This document shows, piece by piece, positions 1-9,660 of a stretch of 27,515 nt of DNA. Location of the stretch: positions 1 to 27,515 of the forward strand of contig JALGVJ010000044.1 of NCBI GenBank assembly GCA_029838195.1, written 5' to 3'. The notes under the pieces are model-generated. The model was given only the letters and a program-made list of their open reading frames with translations. It was not told where the DNA came from and ran no database searches. Both the position numbers and the translations under genes were made by a program. Each line of letters opens with the position of its first letter. The first letter of the stretch is position 1. The DNA is from Promethearchaeota archaeon (lineage in GTDB: Archaea; Asgardarchaeota; Lokiarchaeia; Sigyniarchaeales; SOKP01).

Positions 1-432
1 GGAAGGAAGCGACAACATCTGATCGGTACGGTGGACCCCTTAGACGGGCGAGTGATCGTGGCATTTTCAGAGGGCTTGAAGAGCGTACAATTTCAACAGT
101 ATCTGGAGGGCCTTCTTTCTCGCTATCCTCCCGATAAAAAACTCCTCCTTGTTTTGGATAATGCCCGTGCGCATCACGCTAAAGCTTTAACTCCGTTTTT
201 AGAAGCTAATGAACACCGCTTGGAATTGATTTTTTTACCCCCATATTCTCCCGATATGAATCCAATGGAGTGGTTTTGGAAGTTTTTACGTAAAAAAGTC
301 ACCCATGATACTTTTTTTAGCACGTTTAAGGAATTTCAACGGGCAATTTTTAAATTTATTAGAAAATATAAATATACATCCACGGAAATTAAAACGCTGT
401 GCAATTTTACGAAGTTATTTAGTGCATCATAA
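1..432 (+). mobile_element. IS630-family transposase, C-terminal DDE part (5' end cut by the window)
   Basis: The frame is open from base 1 (GRKRQHLIGTVDPLDG...). It carries the IS630/Tc1 DDE_3 motifs LVLDNARAH and FLPPYSPDMNPMEWFW. Confidence 0.9.
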
Positions 433-496
433 ATATACATCCACGGAAATTAAAACGCTGTGCAATTTTACGAAGTTATTTAGTGCATCATAAATA
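368..496 (+). repeat. Perfect 61-bp tandem duplication of the transposase 3' end
   Basis: 368-428 equals 429-489. ATAAATA occurs at 368, 429 and 490, giving a 7-bp microhomology at the junctions. Confidence 0.95.
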
Positions 497-801
497 GTTA
501 TTTTTTTTTTTACAATATTATAAATATTTTAAATTTTAATTACTACATGCATTAATTCTTATAATTTTTTTTAATGGAACTAGGGGTCAGTTTTAAGTTA
601 GATTGGAACTGATGATATGAACTTCCTCAATCCTTTTCAAGCATTAAAGCTAACCAAGCATATTTTGGCATGAATGAGAAATTATCATTGAACAATAAAG
701 ATAAATAATAATAAAAACATCTACTTACATATTATAAATCGATATCTTTTAAAGAGTCATGCATTATTTAATATTAAAAAAGAGGCCATGTTTAAATTTT
801 A

Positions 802-1014
802 ATGGAACAACAAAAATGTAACCTTTGTGGGAAATTTTTTGAAAAAAAAGACCTCACTTGCTTTTCTGAACAAATTCAGCTATGTAATTCTTGTAAGGAA
901 CATTATTATTTAGTAGAATCCGTAGAGCGTCTTGAGATCAAATTTTTAAATGATGGCATGCCTGCAATCGTTGTTCCTTCCAATATTTTCGTAATTAGGC
1001 GGATTCGAATATAA
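802..1014 (+). CDS. Small putative zinc-binding protein (CxxC-x18-CxxC)
   Basis: 70-aa ORF with CNLC and CNSC and an ATG start. Confidence 0.55.
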   Translation: MEQQKCNLCGKFFEKKDLTCFSEQIQLCNSCKEHYYLVESVERLEIKFLNDGMPAIVVPSNIFVIRRIRI

Positions 1015-1155
1015 AGAATCAAGGAAATTCAAAAGAGCATTACAAATTTACAAGAAATAAAAAAAATTAATTCATAATCCGATAAGAACTAGTTCTCCAT
1101 ACTTTGCTCCTACACGTGCGATTTATGATGAATTCATGCAACCTTAATGGGAGAT

Positions 1156-1605
1156 TTAATCCTCATCCTCAAAATCCACAATCATTCTCTTTTTGTCCGA
1201 GCGTTCTACTACAAAGGTTCCATGCTTGCTCAACTGTTCTTCTTTCGGAATGTCCACTTGAGAAAACATGGCACTCATCAAATCCATTTCTCCTTCGGAA
1301 AATTCCGGAAGTCCCTCTCCAAACATATTTTTTAAGGTTGCATCGTCCATGTTCATGCGTTTAGCTAAAAATGACTGAAACCGTGATTCTGCGCTTTTTC
1401 TAATTTTATTAATCATTTTTTTAAATGTGGAGGGCTTTTTATCTGAATTTTTTTTCCTTGCTTCTTTTTTCCTTAAAATTAATTCTTGTTGAATGTAATA
1501 GCTCCATTCTTCTCGTGGAATTCCCATTTCAGGTAATTTTTTCTTTAATTCCCGAATGATCTGTCTTTCTTCATCTGAAAATGTATATTTCTTAGCCTTT
1601 TTCAT
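1156..1605 (-). CDS. Hypothetical protein with a basic N-terminal half and an acidic C-terminal half
   Basis: 149-aa ORF co-oriented with tbp and 77 bp downstream of it. No family recognised. Confidence 0.75.
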   Translation of the reverse strand: MKKAKKYTFSDEERQIIRELKKKLPEMGIPREEWSYYIQQELILRKKEARKKNSDKKPSTFKKMINKIRKSAESRFQSFLAKRMNMDDATLKNMFGEGLPEFSEGEMDLMSAMFSQVDIPKEEQLSKHGTFVVERSDKKRMIVDFEDED

Positions 1606-1682
1606 AATATTTTTAAAAACCCTAAATTGAATTATAAATATGGACGATTTACTCTGGATTAAAAATTAATGAGGGAAAAAAA

Positions 1683-2300
1683 TTAAATAAAAGTCAAATC
1701 TTGAAATTCTTCTTCATATTCTCCTCTCTTGGTAAGATTCAAATCTTGAATTTGTTTATATAATTTTAAAACCGCTCGTTTCGCTGTCTCTTCATCCTTT
1801 ACTCCCGTGCATACTATCTTTCCCGTGGAGAAAATCAAGAAGACGGACTTGGGGTCTTGAATGCGGTATATTAATCCTGGGAACACTTCTGGTTCATACA
1901 TTGCATATTCCATCAAAATGGTCGCTGCATTCAAGTCGATAGCAACATGAAGGTCTCCAGATGCCACGATGTTCACGATTTTTACTTGAGGATTAGAAAT
2001 TTTAATGCCTGCCCCTTTAATTTTTTTAACTGCTTTAGCTACGGCTTTTTCAGCTTCAATAGCTTTTCTTAATCCCGTAATCACCATTTTTCCCGTGGAG
2101 AATATTAGAAAAGTGGCTTTAGGCTTATCAATTCTCAATATAATACCGGGAAATCGTTCCGGATTATATTCTACATCGGGGAGATTTTTAGCAATTTTGA
2201 CAAGATCGAGTCGTCCTTCAATATCCACAGTTACTGTTCCTACTACATTTTCTATTTTGAAATCCAAATCAGGTGCTTCATCCTTTTTGTTTTCTGACAT
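1683..2300 (-). CDS. tbp: TATA-box binding protein
   Basis: Two internal repeats (IENVVGT...YNPERFPG...LIFSTGKMVITG and IVNIVAS...YEPEVFPG...LIFSTGKIVCTG), plus the acidic C-terminal tail typical of archaeal TBP. Confidence 0.98.
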   Translation of the reverse strand: MSENKKDEAPDLDFKIENVVGTVTVDIEGRLDLVKIAKNLPDVEYNPERFPGIILRIDKPKATFLIFSTGKMVITGLRKAIEAEKAVAKAVKKIKGAGIKISNPQVKIVNIVASGDLHVAIDLNAATILMEYAMYEPEVFPGLIYRIQDPKSVFLIFSTGKIVCTGVKDEETAKRAVLKLYKQIQDLNLTKRGEYEEEFQDLTFI

Positions 2301-2896
2301 TTTTATCCTGTATTAATGTTCTTTTTAAATAAAATTCATTTTAATTTAAAATTATTTTGAAAATAAATAATTACCTTTATATTACTTTGATGATGTTTTA
2401 GAAACATTTTCATCATTAATTATTGAAGACAACTTCAAAAATTATAATGATATTTTTTGATAAGTTAATAAAAAGAAATAAGATATATAAGCTATTATTT
2501 TTAATTGATCAAGTTATGAACTATCTTTGAAGTAAGATTTCAATAGAATAGATTTTGAATGATAGTAGGAATATAATTTGTCATATTCTTGATCAAATTT
2601 CAACTACGAACTATCATGTATTATGTTATAAAGCATGAACATTATTCTTTGATGAGGAAAGAGATTTTATTAAAGCTATAGGGGAATAGAACACCGTACA
2701 AATAAATTGAGCTTATCTCCCCTTTGGATTTACTGATCTAATCAGCTAGAATTAAAGGGAAACGAAGTAATTGCACTTTTTTTTAAAAAAAAAATCTCAA
2801 CTTGAAGAAAAAAATAAAATTTCAATAGATTTTCTTAATTTTTTAGACTTGTTTGAATAAGTATAATGATTGAATTAAATCGTTAGAAGAGTGTAA

Positions 2897-4495
2897 ATGA
2901 AGAAGCCCTCATTTAATTGGAAATTTCCGTATCCTTCCCAAAGAATGCCTGTTTTAGCAAAGAACGTGGTATGTACATCACAACCTCTTGCTTCTCAAGC
3001 GGGGATTCGCATGCTCTTAAAAGGAGGGAATGCCATGGATGCGATTTTAGCATCCGCAATTGCGCTAACAGTAGTAGAACCTACGAGTAATGGATTAGGA
3101 TCTGATGCCTTCGCATTATTTTGGGATGGAAATAAATTAAAGGGATTAAATGCCTCCGGAAGATCTCCATCATCTTGGACACCCGATTATTTTTCCAAGC
3201 ATGAGCAAATGCCTTTGATGGGATGGGATGCCTCAACGATTCCGGGAGCAGTTTCTGCTTGGGTACAATTATGGAAGGAGCATGGAACCCTTGAATTTAA
3301 AGAATTATTCGAACCCGCAATAGATTATGCTCGGAACGGTTACATAGTTTCACCCATAACAGCTTGGGCATGGAAGATGGTATCATATCAATATAAGAAA
3401 TATCCCGATTGGGTAAATACGTTCTTGTTTAAGGGGAGAGCTCCAAAAGCCGGCCAATTCATCAAGCTTCCTTATCATGCTGATACATTGAAATTGATCG
3501 CCGAATCCGAAGGGGAAGAATTTTATAGAGGAATCATAGCAGAAAAGATTGAAGAACATGCGAAAAATACGGGAGGAACAATTACAAGAGAAGATTTAAA
3601 AAATCATAAAGCTAATTGGGTAGAACCATTAGAAATGGAATATCAAGGGGTCATGCTTCATGAAATTCCTCCAAATGGTCAAGGAATAGCAGCCCTCATG
3701 ATGCTTGGAATATTAAAATATCATGACATTAGCTCATTTGCTCCGGATTCTCCAGAGAGCATTCATCTTCAATTGGAAGCCATGAAATTGGCGTTTGCGG
3801 ATGCTCATCGACACGTGGCTGACCCCAGGTACATGAAATTAGATCCTAAAAAGCTCTTAGAGCCGGATTACTTGAAGGAACGGTCGAAATTGATAAATCC
3901 TAATAAAGCACAAGTATATGGACCCGGATGGCCGAATTTGAATAGGATGGAAGACACCGTCTACTTAACAGCGGCAGATCAAAATGGCATGATGGTTTCT
4001 TATATTCAATCAAATTTTTGGGCATTTGGATCAGGTATCGTGATTCCAAAAACAGGAATTAGTTTACAAAACCGGGGAGCAGGATTTACCCTGGAGGAAG
4101 GGCATCCTAATCAAGTAGGACCTAATAAACGTCCATTCCACACGATCATTCCTGCGTTCGTCACGGTAAATGGAGAACCTTTAATGTCCTTTGGAGTAAT
4201 GGGAGGGCCGATGCAGCCCCAAGGTCATGCTCAAATGATGATTCGGATTTTTCAGTACAAGCAAAATCCACAAGCAGCCTCAGATGCCCCCAGATGGAGA
4301 GTAATGAAGGGCCTTAAAGCTTTAATTGAAACAGGATTTAAGGAAGAAACACGTGTTACATTAGAAAAAAAGGGACATGTTTTAACTAAAAGTCAATATT
4401 TTGAATTTGGAGGAGCTCAAATAATTTATAAATTAGCGGATGGATATTGTGCGGCCTCAGACCATAGAAAAGACGGACAAGCAGTTGGATATTAA
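2897..4495 (+). CDS. ggt: Gamma-glutamyltransferase family protein (YwrD/HpxW-like subgroup)
   Basis: Motifs SQPLAS, GGNAMDA, VVEPTSNGLGSD, the autoprocessing Thr in DTVYL, LQNRG, KRPFHTIIP, GVMGGPMQPQGH and C-terminal SDHRKDG. Confidence 0.93.
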   Translation: MKKPSFNWKFPYPSQRMPVLAKNVVCTSQPLASQAGIRMLLKGGNAMDAILASAIALTVVEPTSNGLGSDAFALFWDGNKLKGLNASGRSPSSWTPDYFSKHEQMPLMGWDASTIPGAVSAWVQLWKEHGTLEFKELFEPAIDYARNGYIVSPITAWAWKMVSYQYKKYPDWVNTFLFKGRAPKAGQFIKLPYHADTLKLIAESEGEEFYRGIIAEKIEEHAKNTGGTITREDLKNHKANWVEPLEMEYQGVMLHEIPPNGQGIAALMMLGILKYHDISSFAPDSPESIHLQLEAMKLAFADAHRHVADPRYMKLDPKKLLEPDYLKERSKLINPNKAQVYGPGWPNLNRMEDTVYLTAADQNGMMVSYIQSNFWAFGSGIVIPKTGISLQNRGAGFTLEEGHPNQVGPNKRPFHTIIPAFVTVNGEPLMSFGVMGGPMQPQGHAQMMIRIFQYKQNPQAASDAPRWRVMKGLKALIETGFKEETRVTLEKKGHVLTKSQYFEFGGAQIIYKLADGYCAASDHRKDGQAVGY

Positions 4496-4527
4496 AATAA
4501 AAAAATATGAATAAATGAATTAACCTT

Positions 4528-4959
4528 ATGAAATTAAAAGAATTAGAAGAATTTAGAGCAAATCCAACCGTTCAAACAGCAATGAACTTAGGAAAAACCA
4601 TCACTTTATTGAATATTTCAATTGAGGAAAAGAGAGAATTTTTTTTCCAAGCTTTCCAGATTTCCAACTTTCAAGAACCGATAGAATCAATTTTATCCAT
4701 GTGGGCCACGGCCTCAATGTTAGAAGATGTCATTCCCCCTACAGAAAAAATTCTTGCGGTTCGGGGATTTTTGCATAATCCAAATTTAGCACCAATTTGG
4801 ATTGAGGAATGGACAAGGGTCGTATATAGTGTTCATCGGGCCTCTAAGGATATCTTGGATTTTATTGCGATTGATATTAGAAATCATGAAGGCCTCTCAA
4901 TAGAACTTCGAAAGATGCTTGGACATCCCAATCCAGATCATCCTTTCAAAAATAGATAA
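4528..4959 (+). CDS. Hypothetical protein
   Basis: 143-aa ORF 32 bp after ggt on the same strand. Confidence 0.75.
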   Translation: MKLKELEEFRANPTVQTAMNLGKTITLLNISIEEKREFFFQAFQISNFQEPIESILSMWATASMLEDVIPPTEKILAVRGFLHNPNLAPIWIEEWTRVVYSVHRASKDILDFIAIDIRNHEGLSIELRKMLGHPNPDHPFKNR

Positions 4960-5060
4960 TGAATTGTAAAAAACGGTATTGTATTTAATCGAGCCGAATT
5001 TTTCCATCTTCCATGGCATGGAATTACGAGTAATAAAGGTATCTTTTAACACCTCCCATA

Positions 5061-6578
5061 TTAAACTAATGATTTCCCCACAACACTCTGATGTGGTTGC
5101 TCTCCTAGTAAATGAAGTAATGTAGGGACGATATCCGTGGTTTTGCAATATTTAACATGAAGTTCAGGAATATTTGGATTTCCTCCAATCAAGAGTGGGA
5201 CGGTCATGGATTCTTTTAAAGCAATATCATGAGAATACACGTGCGGTTCCATGGTTTTTCCATGTTCATAGCTAAAGCAATATTCTCCGCACGTTGAGAT
5301 CATAATATCACAAGAGCGAGGGTTTTTAAAGGTACGAGGTAATTGGTCAATGAACATGGGAAAATCGATGTGATGAGTAGCTGCTAACCACTCATCTATA
5401 TCATGGAATTTTCCGTCTAACAGTTTACTTGCAGATTCATTTTGAGAATATCCAAACAATTCTTCGGATTCATGGACATATTTCGTGGTTTGGTTTCGTC
5501 CATGCCCTCTATATTCGATCATGCCATGATGGATCTTGTTAGATTTACTATCTTTATATTCCAAATGAATAATGCCTTTATCGGGGGTATTATCATCATC
5601 TCTATAATACAAATATTTTACTCCTGGGATGTTCCATAATACATCAAAGAGATTTAATTCCTTATTTTTAGAAAGAGTTGCTTGAAAATGTTTTAATTGA
5701 TCGATAGTTGGATGGTCATGCCATGTATTTCCTCTAAAATTAAATGTTCCAACTGAGCCAATAGCGCAATCAAAATCTCCCGTTCCTTTTTTCGGATTAT
5801 ATTGAACTAATCCTATTTGATTAAAATAAGGTTCTAAATCAAACATTTTTTTAGCTTCATAATTTCCATGATCCGATGTAATGCATATTGCTGTTGAATC
5901 GAGATATCCCGCCCTTTCCAGATAATTAATTAATTTTCCTAAATACTCATCGCATCTTATTATTTCATTAATATAATCTTCATGATTAAACCCTTTTTCA
6001 TGCATGAGGCTATCCGTGGCAGGAACATACCCCACGGTGATGCGTGGTGCTTCATTGGTTTCAAAAAATTTCTTCGGATTTTCAAATCCTTCTTGAATGG
6101 TTTTAAAAACGCCTTCCGTATTAAATTGGGGTGGAACTGCAAAATGAGAGCCTCTATTCACAATGTTTAAAGCGCTTAGATGGTTTCCCTCTTTCCTATC
6201 CTGTTCAAAGATGGTTTTTACCGTAGTGCCCAGATCATTACCGATATTCATTATTCCTTTTCTTTCATTGTAATTCCGAATGAAGGGAAACTTATCATCA
6301 TGTTGGGGAGTATCCGTTCGATTAACCCAATGATAAGCCGGTATGCCGCTCCCTTCTTTGGGAAAATATCCGGAATATGCTCCGGTGATTACGTTGGGAT
6401 AACAAGGAAAAGTCACGCTATAGAAAGAAGTAATGCAATTTTTAGAAAATATACCATCTTCCATTATTTTTTTCATGGTGGGAAGTTTCCCGTCTTCAAT
6501 CAAGCCGAAAAGATGAGAAGAACGGACGTCATCTAATAAGATGAGAATGATTTGATTAATTTTTGAGATGTGAGCCAT
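5061..6578 (-). CDS. Alkaline phosphatase superfamily protein (nucleotide pyrophosphatase/phosphodiesterase-like)
   Basis: Motifs ILILLDD, SVTFP (Thr nucleophile), DSLMH, ITSDHG and a C-terminal SHD...VPL...DIVPTLL. Confidence 0.88.
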   Translation of the reverse strand: MAHISKINQIILILLDDVRSSHLFGLIEDGKLPTMKKIMEDGIFSKNCITSFYSVTFPCYPNVITGAYSGYFPKEGSGIPAYHWVNRTDTPQHDDKFPFIRNYNERKGIMNIGNDLGTTVKTIFEQDRKEGNHLSALNIVNRGSHFAVPPQFNTEGVFKTIQEGFENPKKFFETNEAPRITVGYVPATDSLMHEKGFNHEDYINEIIRCDEYLGKLINYLERAGYLDSTAICITSDHGNYEAKKMFDLEPYFNQIGLVQYNPKKGTGDFDCAIGSVGTFNFRGNTWHDHPTIDQLKHFQATLSKNKELNLFDVLWNIPGVKYLYYRDDDNTPDKGIIHLEYKDSKSNKIHHGMIEYRGHGRNQTTKYVHESEELFGYSQNESASKLLDGKFHDIDEWLAATHHIDFPMFIDQLPRTFKNPRSCDIMISTCGEYCFSYEHGKTMEPHVYSHDIALKESMTVPLLIGGNPNIPELHVKYCKTTDIVPTLLHLLGEQPHQSVVGKSLV

Positions 6579-6743
6579 TTTGCTATATTGTTCTCATTTA
6601 TATTATTATTATAATAAAATTATAATGAGAGAAAATATTTCATGGTTTTTAATACATGAAGTTATATTTTGGAAAAAATGAAAAGAAGATTTAATTACTA
6701 AGAATTCTTTAGTTTTTTTGCGGTGTAAAAAGATCAAGATTAG

Positions 6744-9416
6744 TCATTTCTCTTGAAGCTTGGCTCTTAAAATAGAGGGAAGAATACCTTTATTTCTATA
6801 ATATTCGAGTTCGACGGGGGTATCCAAGCGAGCTTTAACTGAAAATGTTAATGTCTTGCCTGTTTCCGAGAGAGCATGAACAATTAATTCTTTTCCAGGA
6901 GTAAGATTTGGCAAACCTAAAATGTCATAGGTTTCCGTACCATCAAGATTTAATGTCTGGATGTTTTCTCCTTGTTTAAATTGAAGAGGTAAGACACCCA
7001 TGCCAATCAAATTACTTCGATGTATTCTTTCATAAGATTCTGCGATAATAGCTTTTATTCCTAATAACTGTGTCCCTTTGGCAGCCCAATCCCTTGAACT
7101 TCCCATTCCATAATCTTTTCCGGCAAGAATAATTAGAGGGATATTTTGTTTCTGGTAATTCATGGCAGCTTCATAAATCGACATGATTTCTCCCGTTAGA
7201 TGATATTTTGTCCAGCCTCCTTCCTTATTTACTAAATGATTTTTAAGACGAATATTCGCAAAAGTGCCTCTCATCATGATCTCATGATTACCACGTCGAG
7301 AACCAAAGGTATTAAAATCTTCCGGTTTTATTCCTCTTGAAATTAAATATTGTCCTGCGAGGGAGTCTTTGAGAATAGCTCCTGCTGGAGAAATATGATC
7401 AGTCGTCACGCTATCTCCTAATACGGCTAAAACTCGAGCATTTTTAACGTCGCTTAAAGGAGGAATTTCAAGCGAAAAATCTTGGAAAAAGGGTGGCTCA
7501 CGAATATAAGTGGAATTTTCTTCCCATTGATAAATTTCTGTTAATAGAGGATTTAATTCATTCCACTTGGTCCAACCTTGAAAGACATTCGCATATTCTT
7601 TTTGAAATATTTCTTTAGTGAGATATTTATTCATGATTTCAAGAATTTCTTTTTTAGTTGGCCAAATATCTCGCAAATAAACAGGCTTACCCTCTTTATC
7701 TTCTCCTAGTGGATCTTTTTCTAAATTTATCGCAATGGTACCCGCTATGGCATGAGCAATTACTAATGGCGGAGAAGCAAGATAATTGGCTTTCACGTTA
7801 GAATTGATTCTACCCTCGAAATTTCGATTACCGCTGAGAACAGCTGACACGATTAAATCCTTCTCTCTAATCTCTTGAATGAGAACCTCATCAATCGGGC
7901 CGCTATTTCCTATGCACGTAGTACATCCATAAGCAACCACGTGAAAGCCTAAATCTTCAAGATACTTCATTAAACCAGATTTTATTAAATAGGTGGTAAC
8001 AGTGCGAGAGCCCGGTGCAAGGCTCGTTTTTACGTGGTTTTTAACCTTTAATCCTTTTTCTACTGCTTTTTTCGCTAATAATCCCGCCCCAATCATGACA
8101 TGAGGATTAGAAGTATTTGTACAAGACGTAATAGCGGCGATCACGACGGCGCCATGACCCAATTCCTTGCCATCCGATAAGTTTTTAACCCCATTAGGTT
8201 TATTGAAGGTTGTTTTTAAATGATCGATAAACTCTTGTTTCATGTCTCTTAATAGCACTCTTTCTTGAGGACGTTTTGGACCCGCCATGCTTGGATGAAT
8301 CTCATTTAAATTAATTTCGATAATTTCGTTATATTCTGGTGGAAAGGTGTCTTGATCATGAAATACTCCCATGTTTTTTAGAATAATTTCTATAGCATTC
8401 ACCTGACTAACCTCTCTTCCCGTTTTTATCAAATATTTAATGGTCTCCTTATCCGTGGGAAAAAATCCCATGGTAGCCCCATATTCGGGCGCCATGTTCG
8501 CAATGGTCGCTCTATCTTCCAGAGATAATTCTTTTAATGCGGGGCCAAAAAATTCCACAATTTTTCCCACGACTCCGTGGTCACGGAGTATTCGGGTTAT
8601 AGTTAAGACGACATCTGTTGCAGTAATATTTTCTTGCATTTTTCCGGTAAGTCTAACTCCTACTATTTTAGGAACGAGCATGTAATAAGGTTGATTTAAC
8701 ATGACGGCTTCGGCTTCAATTCCTCCAACACCCCATCCTACAATGCCTAAACTATTTATCATTGTAGTGTGGGAGTCCGTGCCAAGTAAAGTATCAGGAA
8801 AAGCAATGAGTTCCTCCTTAATTTTTTTCAGATGGATAACTTTAGCAAGATATTCTAAATTAATCTGATGACAAATCCCTTTACCGGTAGGGATCAATCG
8901 GAAATTTTCAAAAGCATTTTGCGCCCATTTTAAAAAAGTATATCTCTCTTTATTTCGATCCATTTCCATTTTTTCATTTTTTTCCATTGCGTCCTTCGAG
9001 CCAAAAAAATCGACTTGAACGGAATGATCGATGATTAAATCGACAGGCATGCTGGGATTTATTTTAGAGGGATCCCCATTCCATCGAGCCATGGCACTTC
9101 TCAAGGCCGCAAGATCGACCATAACAGGAATGCCTGTAAAATCTTGAAGTAAAATTCGAGATGGTATGAATGGAATTTCTTTTTCCTCTATGGACTCAGA
9201 ATCCCACTTTGATATAGTGAAAACATGCTCACTCGCTATTCGTTTACCATCCAGATTTCTGATGACATTCTCTAGCAAGATTCTTAAAGAATAGGGGTAT
9301 TTTCCAATGGGTCCCATCCCTATATCTTCAACTTTTCGTAGATTATAAAAAGAGACAAGTTCATTTCCAATTTTTATTGTTTCTTTAATCTTCTGCTGGA
9401 TAGCTCTTTCTTCCAT
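6744..9416 (-). CDS. acnA: Aconitate hydratase A
   Basis: Motifs LQDFTG, IDHSVQVD, GTDSHT, AAITSCTNTSNP, GCTTCIGNSG, SGNRNFEGR, TTDHISPAG and GSSRDWAAKG; 890 aa. Confidence 0.97.
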   Translation of the reverse strand: MEERAIQQKIKETIKIGNELVSFYNLRKVEDIGMGPIGKYPYSLRILLENVIRNLDGKRIASEHVFTISKWDSESIEEKEIPFIPSRILLQDFTGIPVMVDLAALRSAMARWNGDPSKINPSMPVDLIIDHSVQVDFFGSKDAMEKNEKMEMDRNKERYTFLKWAQNAFENFRLIPTGKGICHQINLEYLAKVIHLKKIKEELIAFPDTLLGTDSHTTMINSLGIVGWGVGGIEAEAVMLNQPYYMLVPKIVGVRLTGKMQENITATDVVLTITRILRDHGVVGKIVEFFGPALKELSLEDRATIANMAPEYGATMGFFPTDKETIKYLIKTGREVSQVNAIEIILKNMGVFHDQDTFPPEYNEIIEINLNEIHPSMAGPKRPQERVLLRDMKQEFIDHLKTTFNKPNGVKNLSDGKELGHGAVVIAAITSCTNTSNPHVMIGAGLLAKKAVEKGLKVKNHVKTSLAPGSRTVTTYLIKSGLMKYLEDLGFHVVAYGCTTCIGNSGPIDEVLIQEIREKDLIVSAVLSGNRNFEGRINSNVKANYLASPPLVIAHAIAGTIAINLEKDPLGEDKEGKPVYLRDIWPTKKEILEIMNKYLTKEIFQKEYANVFQGWTKWNELNPLLTEIYQWEENSTYIREPPFFQDFSLEIPPLSDVKNARVLAVLGDSVTTDHISPAGAILKDSLAGQYLISRGIKPEDFNTFGSRRGNHEIMMRGTFANIRLKNHLVNKEGGWTKYHLTGEIMSIYEAAMNYQKQNIPLIILAGKDYGMGSSRDWAAKGTQLLGIKAIIAESYERIHRSNLIGMGVLPLQFKQGENIQTLNLDGTETYDILGLPNLTPGKELIVHALSETGKTLTFSVKARLDTPVELEYYRNKGILPSILRAKLQEK

Positions 9417-9660
9417 GAATTAAATACTCCCACTTTTTTACTATATTTTATAAAATCCTCATTCCTTCATTAATTTTTAGAATATAAAAGACATGGGGCA
9501 TGGTTAATTTGATTTTCAATAAAATAGCGCCATATTATTAATCTTATAGACCATTAACAAATTAAATAACGGGAAAAATCACGTGTTTTAGAATAAGGAT
9601 TCCGAAACTCTTGATAAAGAATTTAGGTAATTAGCGATGATTAGTATTTAGGTACTTCTG

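Noticed and set aside
305-493. 62-aa ORF sharing the transposase C-terminus
   Set aside because: It is a by-product of the 61-bp duplication shifting the frame.
2005-2316. 103-aa + strand ORF
   Set aside because: Antisense shadow of tbp.
2650-2736. C/D box sRNA (TGATGA...CTGA)
   Set aside because: The spacing of about 85 nt is too long, and there are no clear internal C'/D' boxes or terminal stem.
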